Below are positions 20,640 through 30,384 of a stretch of 64,000 bases of DNA, one piece after another; position 1 is the stretch's first letter; every line of letters starts with the position of its first letter. Origin of the DNA: an uncultured Fibrobacterota bacterium (GTDB taxonomy: Bacteria; Fibrobacterota; Chitinivibrionia; Chitinivibrionales; FEN-1185); contig CAVSQB010000003.1 of the NCBI GenBank assembly GCA_963729895.1, forward strand, positions 1 to 64,000. Direction: 5' to 3'. The position numbers and the translations under genes were made by a program. The notes beneath the pieces were generated by a model that saw only the letters and a program-made list of their open reading frames with translations, searched no databases and was not told where the DNA came from.

Positions 20640-21480
20640 AAACTGCTTTTTGAAATGGTATTTTTAAGGATTTCACAGCGAACGACGCTTCATAGGCTTT
20701 TCTATATGTCAATTCAAAATAGGTATACCGCGTGCGTTGAACTTTCTGACATCTCGGCATAACTCTCAAAGGTCACGTACAGCTAATCGGATACACACCG
20801 CTCACAACACAAAGCAAAATCGCTCCGCTCCTGTCAACTTTTCCCGTTTGCATTTGTTAAGTTTTTCCATCAAGGGGCGTTTTTGCTGTTCGGATAGTTC
20901 TGTAAACGTTTTTCCGGCTCTGTTTCAAAGCACTTTAACGGCTCGGTTGATTCTGGCGCTATGATTTTTTTCAACAAGTCTTCTGGTAATGGCGCAAGCG
21001 GATACTCAAAGGGTGACACGATCCAGGAATATTCGCGCTGCTCTTGACTTGTGAAGGTGGAGCTATAACAAAACGCTGTCACTGCGTATGTCAATTCCGC
21101 TGGCTTTCTCAAAAAGGTCCGCGCTGTTGAATGTTCTAAACTTTCTGGAAACATGGAATAGAAATGAATACGTTGATTGTGTGCGCGCAGATACTGTATT
21201 GGCGGGAATTATTATGCTATGCTTTGCAAGCGCTGCGCTGCTGTCTTTGCTTTTGATTACGTCTAAATCTATCACAAACAGCTTAGAACATAGCTCCGTT
21301 TTTATGGCAACGGAATTGCTAAAAAATGTACGATTAGCAAAAGGAGAGATAGAGTTTCCTTTAGGTATAGTGGCGTTTTTGCTCTGTTTCTTAGATATAG
21401 ATAGAGGAAAGGTTTGAAAAATTTCTAAAGTTGATAATTATTTTTTTTGTTGCTGCTGCTGCTTTAAGCGTAGATATGTG
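20640..21480 (-). pseudogene. bifunctional DNA primase/polymerase (PrimPol), heavily mutated; ends approximate
   Basis: AIKT..LFVIDLDV, ARTQS, GIDIRSDS (=GIDIRGDG), EYSW..LAPLP. Confidence 0.75.
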
Positions 21481-22948
21481 TTGTATGAGCTAATGTTTTT
21501 GTGTACTACTGTGTTTTTCTGTACCTGATAGATTTTAATGTGTTTTTGTGTCCTGTGTATAGCAACGATATTGAGTTTGTTCGCGCTTGTTTAGCACAGT
21601 GTCGCCTACTAGACACATGTACTTACGCTGTTGCTTAGTTGTTGCGCTATTGCGAGATGATGGTAACCTGAAAATTCGTGAAGAGCATGAGAGAAGATCA
21701 ACTGTTCTGTTTTGAAGCTTTAGCGCTGTGAAAATGAAGTGTATGAATGCTTGACTCGCTAGCGGTTTTTAGCTTGCGTTTGCTTTTGCGCTACGCTTGA
21801 GTTGCGCGCTTTTCGATTTTTGATTAGCGCGTGGTGAAGCGGTGCGAAGCATTGAGAAAAGATAGGGTTGTGGGCGCTGTCGTGCGTCGCTGGAGCAGAT
21901 GCTTTGTTCTTACTCATTTGTTGCTTTGCTGTTGTTGTTGTGTTGATGATAGAAAGAAGGTATTAGATTTGCTTAGGTGCAAGTACATGGAGAGATGAGA
22001 AATGCAAGCGTTGCACAATGATTGAAAAGCGTTAGCAGTTCGGAAAGAAGCAAGAGCGGTTTTATTGTAACTGTTTTGTGTGATTGATGTTTTTTTGTGT
22101 TTTTAGGCGAAGTTTGCTTTTAAAATTTTTCTATTAGATAGTTGTTGAGTGTGATGTTGCGCGTTGTTTATTGCTTTAGCGTTGATTTGTTTTGATTGCG
22201 ACTCAGGAGAGAGTTTTTACAATTTACTGTTATGTAATGCGTTGAATTGTGTTGCGTTTTCTGATATGCAAGGCTGTTGGAAATACGAGTTTTAATGAGT
22301 TTGTGTGCTTGAGTTGATCTCCGCTAATAAAGGTTTGTTTTCATGCGTGTTATGTTCTGTTTGTTGCTCGCTTGGCTCTGTGATGTTTTGTTGTTTCTTT
22401 GCTTAGCCTCTTGTCTAATCTCTTTGTGTATTAACTCTTCTAGTAAAACGTTTTGCTTCTTCACATCGGTTTTTCTTCTTAGCTGCTGCACTGTTTTTTG
22501 CTTTAGCACTGATGCCGCTTAGTTAGTGCTGAAAGCTCGCTGTTATCTCGTTTTCAAGATTGAAGAATGCACTGCTTGAGCTCGTGTATGATCGCTTTTT
22601 TGATCTCTCTCTCTAAAATAAACTGTTGCCTTTCGTGCGTTCTGCTTTGTTAAACTGGTAGGCGCGCACGTAGTGCCGCTGTTATCGCAGGAGCTACCTG
22701 CGATTATCTTTTTTTTCATATCACTTGCTAAGAATAATGCTTTTACGTTCAACTGTGAAAAGTGATGCGTGAAAAACTATTCTCGTTCGATTTCTCAAAC
22801 GTTCTAGCGATATTTGGCTGTTTTCTTTAAAACGATAGCAAAGCTTTTTCCCGATATTGCGTGTTACGGTAGATAATCGCTTGATCGGTGTCTCGTTCTA
22901 CGTGTTTAAAGGAGCCTGGATCGTTCATGTGCTCTTTTATATAGGCTG

Positions 22949-23698
22949 TCAACCCGTCGTGGGAGCCATCCCACGAACTGAAATGCCGTGAAATAATTTC
23001 TTTTCTTGCCGCTCTTGCCGCCCCGTGCGCTCTCCCTCTTTAGACGCAAAAAACCATTCAAGAGATTTCACGGTCGGCCAAAAGGCATTGTTTTTATAAT
23101 AATACTTGTCACTATTCAACCCCGTACCCTCGCGCCAAACCGATAGAAGTTGAAAATTTACGTCTTGTTTTGGGTGCATCAGATAACAAACGTAGCTTCT
23201 TTTATCATTATCAAAAGTAAATTTATTATCGAAATAGCATGTGTCGGATGAAAATGTTTTGGTTCTTGTGGTTGTATCGGAATTAGTATCGTTGATTTCT
23301 GGGGTATTCGGCTGAACAAAACAATATCGGTCTATGGTGGCTACGGAAAAAGGGATTTTACAATAATTTCTTACCTGTTCTTCTGCTAATTTCAATACGA
23401 CCGTAGTGTCACCGCACCCAACCGCCGCCACGCGCTCATTCTTCTCGTTTATGCTTTCTGTGGTTTCAGGTTTTTTCTGTGCAGGGCTTATACTTTTTAT
23501 TACTCCGATTATTACAATTAATCCAATTACCGACAAACAACCTATTGCACACCCTTTGTTTCGATTTGCGGTTTCCTTTGCCTCCTTATGCTTGGCAGCG
23601 TGGACCATAGCATTTTTCGACGAAAATCCACAATGCGGACAAGTCTCAGCTTCAGAACTAATTTCTTTTTTGCATTCGGGACAGTTAAGAAGCGCCAT
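22949..23698 (-). CDS. zinc-ribbon membrane protein (phage accessory type)
   Basis: CPECKKEISSEAETCPHCG followed by a TM helix; AAGG RBS. Confidence 0.8.
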   Translation of the reverse strand: MALLNCPECKKEISSEAETCPHCGFSSKNAMVHAAKHKEAKETANRNKGCAIGCLSVIGLIVIIGVIKSISPAQKKPETTESINEKNERVAAVGCGDTTVVLKLAEEQVRNYCKIPFSVATIDRYCFVQPNTPEINDTNSDTTTRTKTFSSDTCYFDNKFTFDNDKRSYVCYLMHPKQDVNFQLLSVWREGTGLNSDKYYYKNNAFWPTVKSLEWFFASKEGERTGRQERQEKKLFHGISVRGMAPTTG

Positions 23699-24256
23699 TC
23701 TATTATCCTTTGCTGAATTATTTCGGCCAGTCTTCACCACCAAATGGCGGGAAACACCGTAAAATTCTTAACATTGACATTAAAGAGCCTTTAATAAAAC
23801 CATGCCTTTCCAAAGCGATTATTGAATATTCAGAACACGAGGGAGTAAATCTACAGGAATTTCTAATCCATTTCGGTGCTGTTTTTTGATAAATCTTTAT
23901 GAAAAATATGCAGAGTAAACTTGAATACCGGATATTGTTCATATAAGCCGCCCTTAGGTATTAGTCCAGCCACAAAAATAAAAGGACGCGACAATCAATC
24001 ATCCTGTCTTGAGGTACTGGCGTACCTTTTGGTCAAGACGAAAGAAAGCGCGTCCCACAATGGGACGCACGTTTCTACTCGTTCTGACCAAATCAAAAAC
24101 GCCAGTTTTCAAGACAGAACTAAGCAAAAAATGCGTTATATATTTTCACGGTTTTTTCCGCTTTATTTTGTCAAATCATCTATCCTTTGCAGAAGCCTTT
24201 GATGTCCGCTTGTTTTCAGTATACATTTTGGCATTTCCGCACGCAAATCTCACCCG

Positions 24257-24811
24257 CTATTTCTTCCCCTTCCCGAACCCCATTTTCTTCCCGTCATCCG
24301 GGGAATAGTGCTTCACTGGTGCAATCTGCGGCACCGGTTTCGGCTGCAAAAGGCTTTTCAGCGCGTCAAAGGCAAGCTGTATTTGCCGGTCGTGAACGTT
24401 GAGCCGTTTTTCGATATTCACAATGGCCTTCCGTACTTCTGAATTATCGGCCACAAGGTTTCGTATCCGAACAAAGGCGCGCATGATTTGAATATTGACC
24501 GTAACCGCACGATCAGAATTAAGGACACCCGAAAGCATGGCAACACCGTAATCGGTGAAAGCATAGGGCAGTTTTCGTATGCCGCCCCATCTTGATGTTC
24601 CAAATTGGAATATCAAGTTTTTCAATTCATCGCGGGTTAGTTGGAACATAAAATCTTCGGGAAAGCGGTCAATATTTCTTTGTACCGCCTTATTAAAATT
24701 ACCCGTGGTGACACCGTAAAGGGCCGCAAGGTCATGGTCGATCATGACCTTTTTTCCGCGTAGAAGATGAATTCTGTTTTCGATTGTTTCCTGTGGTACT
24801 ATGTCGGGCAT
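24257..24811 (-). CDS. ORF6N-domain DNA-binding protein
   Basis: IENRIHLLRGKKVMIDHDLAALYGV..NIDRFPEDFMFQL..PYAFTDYGVAMLSGVLNS; terminal MGF. Confidence 0.9.
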   Translation of the reverse strand: MPDIVPQETIENRIHLLRGKKVMIDHDLAALYGVTTGNFNKAVQRNIDRFPEDFMFQLTRDELKNLIFQFGTSRWGGIRKLPYAFTDYGVAMLSGVLNSDRAVTVNIQIMRAFVRIRNLVADNSEVRKAIVNIEKRLNVHDRQIQLAFDALKSLLQPKPVPQIAPVKHYSPDDGKKMGFGKGKK

Positions 24812-25301
24812 GGTTTCTCCTTTCAAAATAAGAAAATATAACCTCCACCTTTGTTTTCCAAATTCCGGCAACGCATCAGCCGAGAAAGCCGGCAACCCGC
24901 CGCGCCATTCATCAAGAGCGCCTCTTGTTCAAATGCGCGGAAATGGCCTCAGAACCGCGCCGGGGTCCGGTACGTCTGGTAGTGGCCCGGCCTGCCGATC
25001 CTGCCGCCCTTGCGTGCCGTTATTATGATCCATGACATTCTACGGCCTTCCCGCGCCCTGGTTCACCCTTTCCCTTTTGTCTCCGGTTCGCGTCCGGTAT
25101 TCGTTTGTCGTGAAGTCCAAATGTTTCACACACGCTTCACACTCGCTTCACATTTACGGAGAAAAAGGGGGTAAAACAGGGTATTTGAGGTTTTTTCGTG
25201 AGGCAGTCTACAAGTGAGAAATCAGCCTAAAAATGGCGAAATTGCACGTTTTTGAGCGGTTTTTGGGATTGCGGGGATTTACGGTTAGTCAACGCTTATC
25301 C

Positions 25302-25317
25302 TAAAGCAACTGCGACG
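25302..25317. repeat. att core, right (TAAAGCAACTGCGACG)
   Basis: Identical to 16265-16280. Confidence 0.88.
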
Positions 25318-25360
25318 AACATCCGGGCGCGCCGGGCCGGACGCGGCCATGCGCGCCCTG

Positions 25361-26833
25361 CTACTGTTCCGACCGCAGGATTTCCTGGAAAAGATCGACC
25401 ATCCGGGGGTCAAACTGTTTTCCCTTCCCGTTCACGAGGATCTCGACCGCCGCATGCTGCGACAGCGAACGGCGGTACGGGCGGTCGGACGTCATTGCCT
25501 CGTACGCGTCGGCGACGCTCAGGATGCGCGCGCCAAAAGGGATTTCTTCTCCCTTGATGCCGCTCGGATAACCGCTGCCGTCGAAGAATTCGTGATGATG
25601 GAGCACCAGGGGCACCAGCGGCCGCAGGAACGGCACATCGGCTATGATGTTTGCGCCCAGCGCGGGGTGCTTCTTAATTTCGTCGAATTCCGTCGGCGTC
25701 AACCTGCCCGGTTTGTTGAGGATAAGCTCGCTCACGCCGATCTTGCCGATATCGTGCAGAAGGCCGGCATACTTGACATTCTCAAGTTCATCCTCGGGAA
25801 GGCCGAGGCGCTTGGCAAGCACCACCGTGTATTTCATCACGTTCTCCGAATGACCGTGCGTGTAGCGGTCCTTGGCTTCCACCGCGAGCGCGAATCCCCG
25901 CACGGTCTTCAGGTAGTTGTCGCGTATGTTCTCGTACAGCTTCACGTTTTCTATGGAAATGCTCGCCTGCGACGCGAGCACGTTGATGATCTCGAGATCC
26001 ACGTTCGAAAACGCGTGCTTGTTGCGCCCTCGAATCAGGTTGAGCACGCCCACGGTACGCTGCGGCGTCTTGAGCGGAAACGCAATGTACGAACCGATGG
26101 ATTGGGGCAGAGGCGGGAACTCGCGGAACATGATCGTCTCGCCCGAATCCATCACCAGCGGCTCCTCGTTTTCCAAAACCCATTTCGACGTGGCGGCAAA
26201 CGGGCCATTCTGCCAGAACTCGGCCGGATGCTGCGGCGTGCACTCGGCAAGCTCCAGGTGCGACGCGTCGTCGAAGAACATGAGCGAGCCGCCGTCGGCT
26301 TTTGCGATCTTGACGGAAAAATCGAGGACCTTGTGGTGAAGCTCGGCAAGCTGATAGGTAGAGGCGAGAATCTTGGTCACTTCATGCAGGGAGACGAGCT
26401 TTGAAAACAGCAGATTTTCCTCTTCGAGCTGCTTGTTGATAAGCGCCCGCTTGATCTTTTCGGCAATTTCTTCGAGGTGGAACGGCTTGGTGAGATAATC
26501 GAATGCGCCGAGCTTGAGCGCTTCGATGGCGGTGTCGAGCGTGGGAAACCCGGTGGTCATGAGCACCGGGAGCGACTGGCTGTACTCGCGCACCCACTTG
26601 AGCAGCTCGACGCCCGACATGCCGGGCATCTTGATATCGGAGAGTACCAGGTCGATGCTGCTCTGCTTGATAACCTCGACGGCCTCCTCAGCCGAACCGA
26701 CGCAGGTTACGGCATACCCTTTCATCCTCAGGTACTGCCCCACGATGTCGCAAATCGATTTCTCGTCGTCGACGATCAGAAGATGAACGTCTTCCCTCTT
26801 GGAAACATCCGTGCTTCCGGCATCATTCGCCAT
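25361..26833 (-). CDS. REC-GAF-HD-GYP c-di-GMP phosphodiesterase
   Basis: IVDDE/DIKMP receiver, LHDIGK, HHEFFDGSGYP. Confidence 0.93.
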   Translation of the reverse strand: MANDAGSTDVSKREDVHLLIVDDEKSICDIVGQYLRMKGYAVTCVGSAEEAVEVIKQSSIDLVLSDIKMPGMSGVELLKWVREYSQSLPVLMTTGFPTLDTAIEALKLGAFDYLTKPFHLEEIAEKIKRALINKQLEEENLLFSKLVSLHEVTKILASTYQLAELHHKVLDFSVKIAKADGGSLMFFDDASHLELAECTPQHPAEFWQNGPFAATSKWVLENEEPLVMDSGETIMFREFPPLPQSIGSYIAFPLKTPQRTVGVLNLIRGRNKHAFSNVDLEIINVLASQASISIENVKLYENIRDNYLKTVRGFALAVEAKDRYTHGHSENVMKYTVVLAKRLGLPEDELENVKYAGLLHDIGKIGVSELILNKPGRLTPTEFDEIKKHPALGANIIADVPFLRPLVPLVLHHHEFFDGSGYPSGIKGEEIPFGARILSVADAYEAMTSDRPYRRSLSQHAAVEILVNGKGKQFDPRMVDLFQEILRSEQ

Positions 26834-26841
26834 GGCCAAGG

Positions 26842-27588
26842 CTACCCTTCCACCGATTTCCTGAATGCGTCCGCGTCCTGGGGGGTATCGATGCCGCCGC
26901 ACCGCTCCCTGGTCTTGACGCACACGATCCGCATGCCGTTCTCAAGCGCGCGAAGCTGTTCCAGTTTTTCCCTCTTTTCAAGCTCGCCGAGCGGATAGCT
27001 GCAGAACCGCTCGAGGGAGCGCGCCGTAAAGCCGTAGATGCCCCAATGTGCGAATATGGTCGCGCCGCCTCCGTCGCGGTCGAACGGGATGGGCGCGCGG
27101 GAAAAGTAAAGTGCCTCATCCCGTTTGTTAAGAACGACTTTGACGACATTCGGATTATCTCTCTCCTGTATTGTAGCATACGAAACGCAGGTTAGCAAGG
27201 AGTTATCGTCCAGCGTTGCAAGCTTTTCGGCGAATTGCCTGATAAGCGAACGCGGAATAAGCGGTTCGTCCCCCTGGAGGTTTACCACATACCGGTGCCC
27301 GAACTTTTTGGCAGCCTCGCTCGTGCGGTCGGTACCCGAAGCATGCCGCGGCGAGGTCAGCATCGAATTGCCTCCGTACCTGCGCACGGCTTCGTGTATG
27401 CGCCTGTCGTCGGTTGCCACGCACACCATGTCGAACGCGCCCGACTGCACGGCCCGCTTGTATGACCACATCACCAGCGGCAGATTCTTGAACATGAGGA
27501 GCGGTTTACCGGGGAGACGGGTCGATCCGTAGCGGGCGGGAATGACGCAAAGGATGCCTTTGGGACCGGTTTCTTTCTTTTTCGCCAT
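26842..27588 (-). CDS. kdsB: CMP-KDO synthetase
   Basis: IPARYGSTRLPGKPL, SGTDR, NLQGDEP, EKLEQLRALENG. Confidence 0.96.
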   Translation of the reverse strand: MAKKKETGPKGILCVIPARYGSTRLPGKPLLMFKNLPLVMWSYKRAVQSGAFDMVCVATDDRRIHEAVRRYGGNSMLTSPRHASGTDRTSEAAKKFGHRYVVNLQGDEPLIPRSLIRQFAEKLATLDDNSLLTCVSYATIQERDNPNVVKVVLNKRDEALYFSRAPIPFDRDGGGATIFAHWGIYGFTARSLERFCSYPLGELEKREKLEQLRALENGMRIVCVKTRERCGGIDTPQDADAFRKSVEG

Positions 27589-27712
27589 ATTCCTCGCTTT
27601 GTTTCGGATTTAAACCAGCGTGTCGAAGCAGAGTTATATTGTAGAATGAATGAGCGTTATTATAAAGGAAAAAATGCAGGTATGAAACCAGCCAAAGCGC
27701 GGGACTTCTCTC

Positions 27713-28000
27713 CTACTGAGCAATCACCTTGGGCACGGCAAAATACCCATTCGTCACCTTCGGCCCGTTCTGCAGGAGTTTTTCGGAGGAAAGTGAAAGG
27801 GTTTCCACGTCGGGCCGCATGGGGTCGCGGGCGGGCGCGAGAAACGCCGTGGGTTCAACGTTCGACGTATCCACTTTGTTAAGCTGCTCCACGTATTCGA
27901 GAACGGAATCGAGCTGGTCGGCAAACGCCCCGGTTTCCGCCTCGGAAAGCGACAGGCGGGAAAGGGCGGCGATGTACTTGACGTGCTCTTTGTCGATCAT
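27713..28000 (-). CDS. gatC: Asp/Glu-tRNA amidotransferase subunit C
   Basis: VKYIAALSRL, VDTSNVEPT, YFAVPKVI. Confidence 0.93.
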   Translation of the reverse strand: MIDKEHVKYIAALSRLSLSEAETGAFADQLDSVLEYVEQLNKVDTSNVEPTAFLAPARDPMRPDVETLSLSSEKLLQNGPKVTNGYFAVPKVIAQ

Positions 28001-28051
28001 GGGTTGGTTCCCCTTTAAAGCGTGGCCCTCGTCGCTGACAGAAAAATAATT

Positions 28052-28141
28052 TCTCCACAGAGACCCGGAGAGCAATGGAGAAGATGAAGCATAAATAATC
28101 ACCTATTAAATCTTTTTTTCTCCGTGTCCTCCGTGGTGAAT
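28052..28141. repeat. inverted 9-mer-type REP-like repeat
   Basis: CCACAGAGACCCGGAGA ... TCTCCGTGTCCTCCGTGG arms around an AT-rich spacer. Confidence 0.55.
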
Positions 28142-28169
28142 CTTTTTTAACCTGAAATACGTCCCGTCC

Positions 28170-30380
28170 CTACGATGTCTCCAGGTTCGCGAATTTCGCC
28201 ATCATTTTCCTTCGCGCACCGTCGTTGAACAGCACGATGAGCCGCATGTCGTCGCCGAACCCGCTCAGGTTGACGATTCTTCCCTTTCCGTAGAGCTTGT
28301 GCACCACGTGCTGCCCCATCCGGAACTGAACCGTCTCCTGCGAATAATCTTCGTGGCGAAACGCCGGCGCCTGGCTTTCCACAGCCTGCTCTTTCGCGGG
28401 CGACAGGTGCGGCTTCCGCTCCTCACGTGCAAACACGCCGCCCTGGTCAAGAAAAGTATAGAACTCCTTGGAAATGGAGGTCAAAAACCGCGACGGCGAC
28501 ATGGGGATGCAGGAGCCGAAACGCCAGCGCTGGTCCGCATACGAGACTTCCAGGCCGTCCATGGCCCTCGTTATACCCACGTACAGGAGCCGCCGCTCCT
28601 CCTCGATCTTGGCCGTGTCATCGAAGTTCTGCCGCGACGGCAGGATGCCGTCTTCGCATCCGACAACAAACACGCGCTTGAACTCCAAACCCTTTGCACA
28701 GTGGAGCGTCATCAGGTTCACCGAGTCGTCCTTCCGCTCCCAGCGGTCTACATCCGAAGCAAGCGAAATCTCCTCGAGAAACTCCGGCAGCCCCTTTCCC
28801 GGGTTCTCTTCTGTCCAGAAAGCCACCGCACTCACGAGTTCGCCCACGTTGTCGGCCCGGCCCTGCGCCTCCTCGGTGTCCTCGCCCTCAAACATGGTGA
28901 GGTAGCCGGTAAGCGCGAGCATCCCCTTGAGCACCTCGAACGGCGATTCCTTCCGGTCAATGAGGTCGGCAAGGAGGGTGAACACTTCGCGCAGCTCGCA
29001 CAGGCCTTTCTGGCCCCTGCCGTACGCGGCGGTGTCCGGATCGTCAAGAATGATTTCGAGCAGGGATTTGTGCCGCTCCCGGGCGCGCTGCGCAAGGATG
29101 TCCCTGGCCTTGTCGCCCATGCCGCGCGGCGGCACATTCACGATGCGGTCGCAGCTGATGTCGTCCTTGGGATTCACGCACAGGCGGAGGTAGGCGAGGC
29201 AGTCTTTGATCTCGCGCCGCTCGTAGAAGCTGGTGCCGCCGACCAGGATATACGGGATCCGGCGTTTGCGCAAGGAATCTTCAAACAGCCTCGACTGCGC
29301 GTTTGTCCTGAACAGTACCGCGATGTCGCAGGGCCTCACGCCGGTCTTGATGCAGCGGCCCACCGCGTCGCACACCGATTCGGATTCGTGCCGGTCGTCG
29401 CGATACCGGACCACCGTCACGTCGCCGCTCCCCTTTCGTCCGGTCCACAGGCTCTTTTCGGCCCTTACGGTGTTGGGCTCGATCGCGGCATTGGCAAAAG
29501 AAAGGATGGCGCCGGTGGACCGGTAATTCTGCTCAAGCGTGAAGGTCTTCGTGCCGGGGAACACCTTTGCAAACGACAAGATGTTTTCCACCTGGGCGCC
29601 CCGCCACGCATAGATGCTCTGGTCGTCGTCGCCGACGACAAAAATGTTGTGGTGGGCGGCGGCAAGAAGGTGCACGAGGTGGAACTGGGCAAGGTTGGTG
29701 TCTTGGTATTCGTCAACGAGCACATGCGAAAATACCGACTGATAATGATGCAGGATGTCCGGGTTGCCGCGCAGCAGGTACACGCAGTTCGAAAGGAGGT
29801 CGTCAAAATCCATCGCCTGCTGTTTCTTCAGGCTTCCCTGGTATGCAGCGTAGGCCCGGATGATTTCGGTTTCAAAAAAGCTTTTCCCCGTACCTGCAAC
29901 CTGCTCCGGGGGTGCGCAGGCGTTTTTATAGCGCGACACCGCGCCCAAAACCAGGCGCGGCGGCATGGTGCGCTCGTCGAGCGCGAGGTCCTTGGCGACC
30001 TTCTTCACGCACGAAAGCTGGTCGTCGGCGTCAAAAATCGAAAACGACGGCGGGAACCCGAGCGCGCCGGCCTCCCTGCGCAGGATTCGGGCGCACAACG
30101 AATGAAACGTCCCGATCCACAGACCCGTGCAGGGCAGGCCGGTAAGTTCCTCCACACGACGCTGCATTTCGCGCGCAGCCTTGTTGGTGAATGTCGCAGC
30201 GAAAATATGGTTGGGAGGCACGCCCTTGTGCTGGATGAGCCATGCGATCTTTGCGGTGAGCACCCTGGTCTTGCCCGTACCCGCGCCGGCAAACACGAGC
30301 TGCGGCCCGCCGTCGTAGAGCACTGCATCTTTCTGCACCGGATTGAGAAGAATTTTTTCCACCACAGGAGCGCGGGGCAT
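28170..30380 (-). CDS. pcrA: UvrD/PcrA DNA helicase
   Basis: AGAGTGKT, TFTNKAA, DEYQDTN, NYRS, HCAKGLEF, EERRL; C-terminal Tudor-like domain. Confidence 0.93.
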   Translation of the reverse strand: MPRAPVVEKILLNPVQKDAVLYDGGPQLVFAGAGTGKTRVLTAKIAWLIQHKGVPPNHIFAATFTNKAAREMQRRVEELTGLPCTGLWIGTFHSLCARILRREAGALGFPPSFSIFDADDQLSCVKKVAKDLALDERTMPPRLVLGAVSRYKNACAPPEQVAGTGKSFFETEIIRAYAAYQGSLKKQQAMDFDDLLSNCVYLLRGNPDILHHYQSVFSHVLVDEYQDTNLAQFHLVHLLAAAHHNIFVVGDDDQSIYAWRGAQVENILSFAKVFPGTKTFTLEQNYRSTGAILSFANAAIEPNTVRAEKSLWTGRKGSGDVTVVRYRDDRHESESVCDAVGRCIKTGVRPCDIAVLFRTNAQSRLFEDSLRKRRIPYILVGGTSFYERREIKDCLAYLRLCVNPKDDISCDRIVNVPPRGMGDKARDILAQRARERHKSLLEIILDDPDTAAYGRGQKGLCELREVFTLLADLIDRKESPFEVLKGMLALTGYLTMFEGEDTEEAQGRADNVGELVSAVAFWTEENPGKGLPEFLEEISLASDVDRWERKDDSVNLMTLHCAKGLEFKRVFVVGCEDGILPSRQNFDDTAKIEEERRLLYVGITRAMDGLEVSYADQRWRFGSCIPMSPSRFLTSISKEFYTFLDQGGVFAREERKPHLSPAKEQAVESQAPAFRHEDYSQETVQFRMGQHVVHKLYGKGRIVNLSGFGDDMRLIVLFNDGARRKMMAKFANLETS

Positions 30381-30384
30381 GGCG

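Larger units (their letters stand above)
16265..25317 (-). mobile_element. integrated phage-satellite-like element (~9.05 kb)
   Basis: 16-bp direct repeats at both ends, tyrosine integrase next to one end, phage-type cargo, lower GC than host. Confidence 0.88.

Noticed and set aside
19588..22752. Short predicted ORFs on either strand in the mutated tract
   Set aside because: Fragments or shadows of broken terL, terS and PrimPol, or unreadable sequence; not independent genes
21421..22860. Ordinary AT-rich horizontally acquired DNA
   Set aside because: The adjacent AT-rich gene (22949-23698) has normal CC/GG and an intact frame; this tract is dinucleotide- and strand-skewed
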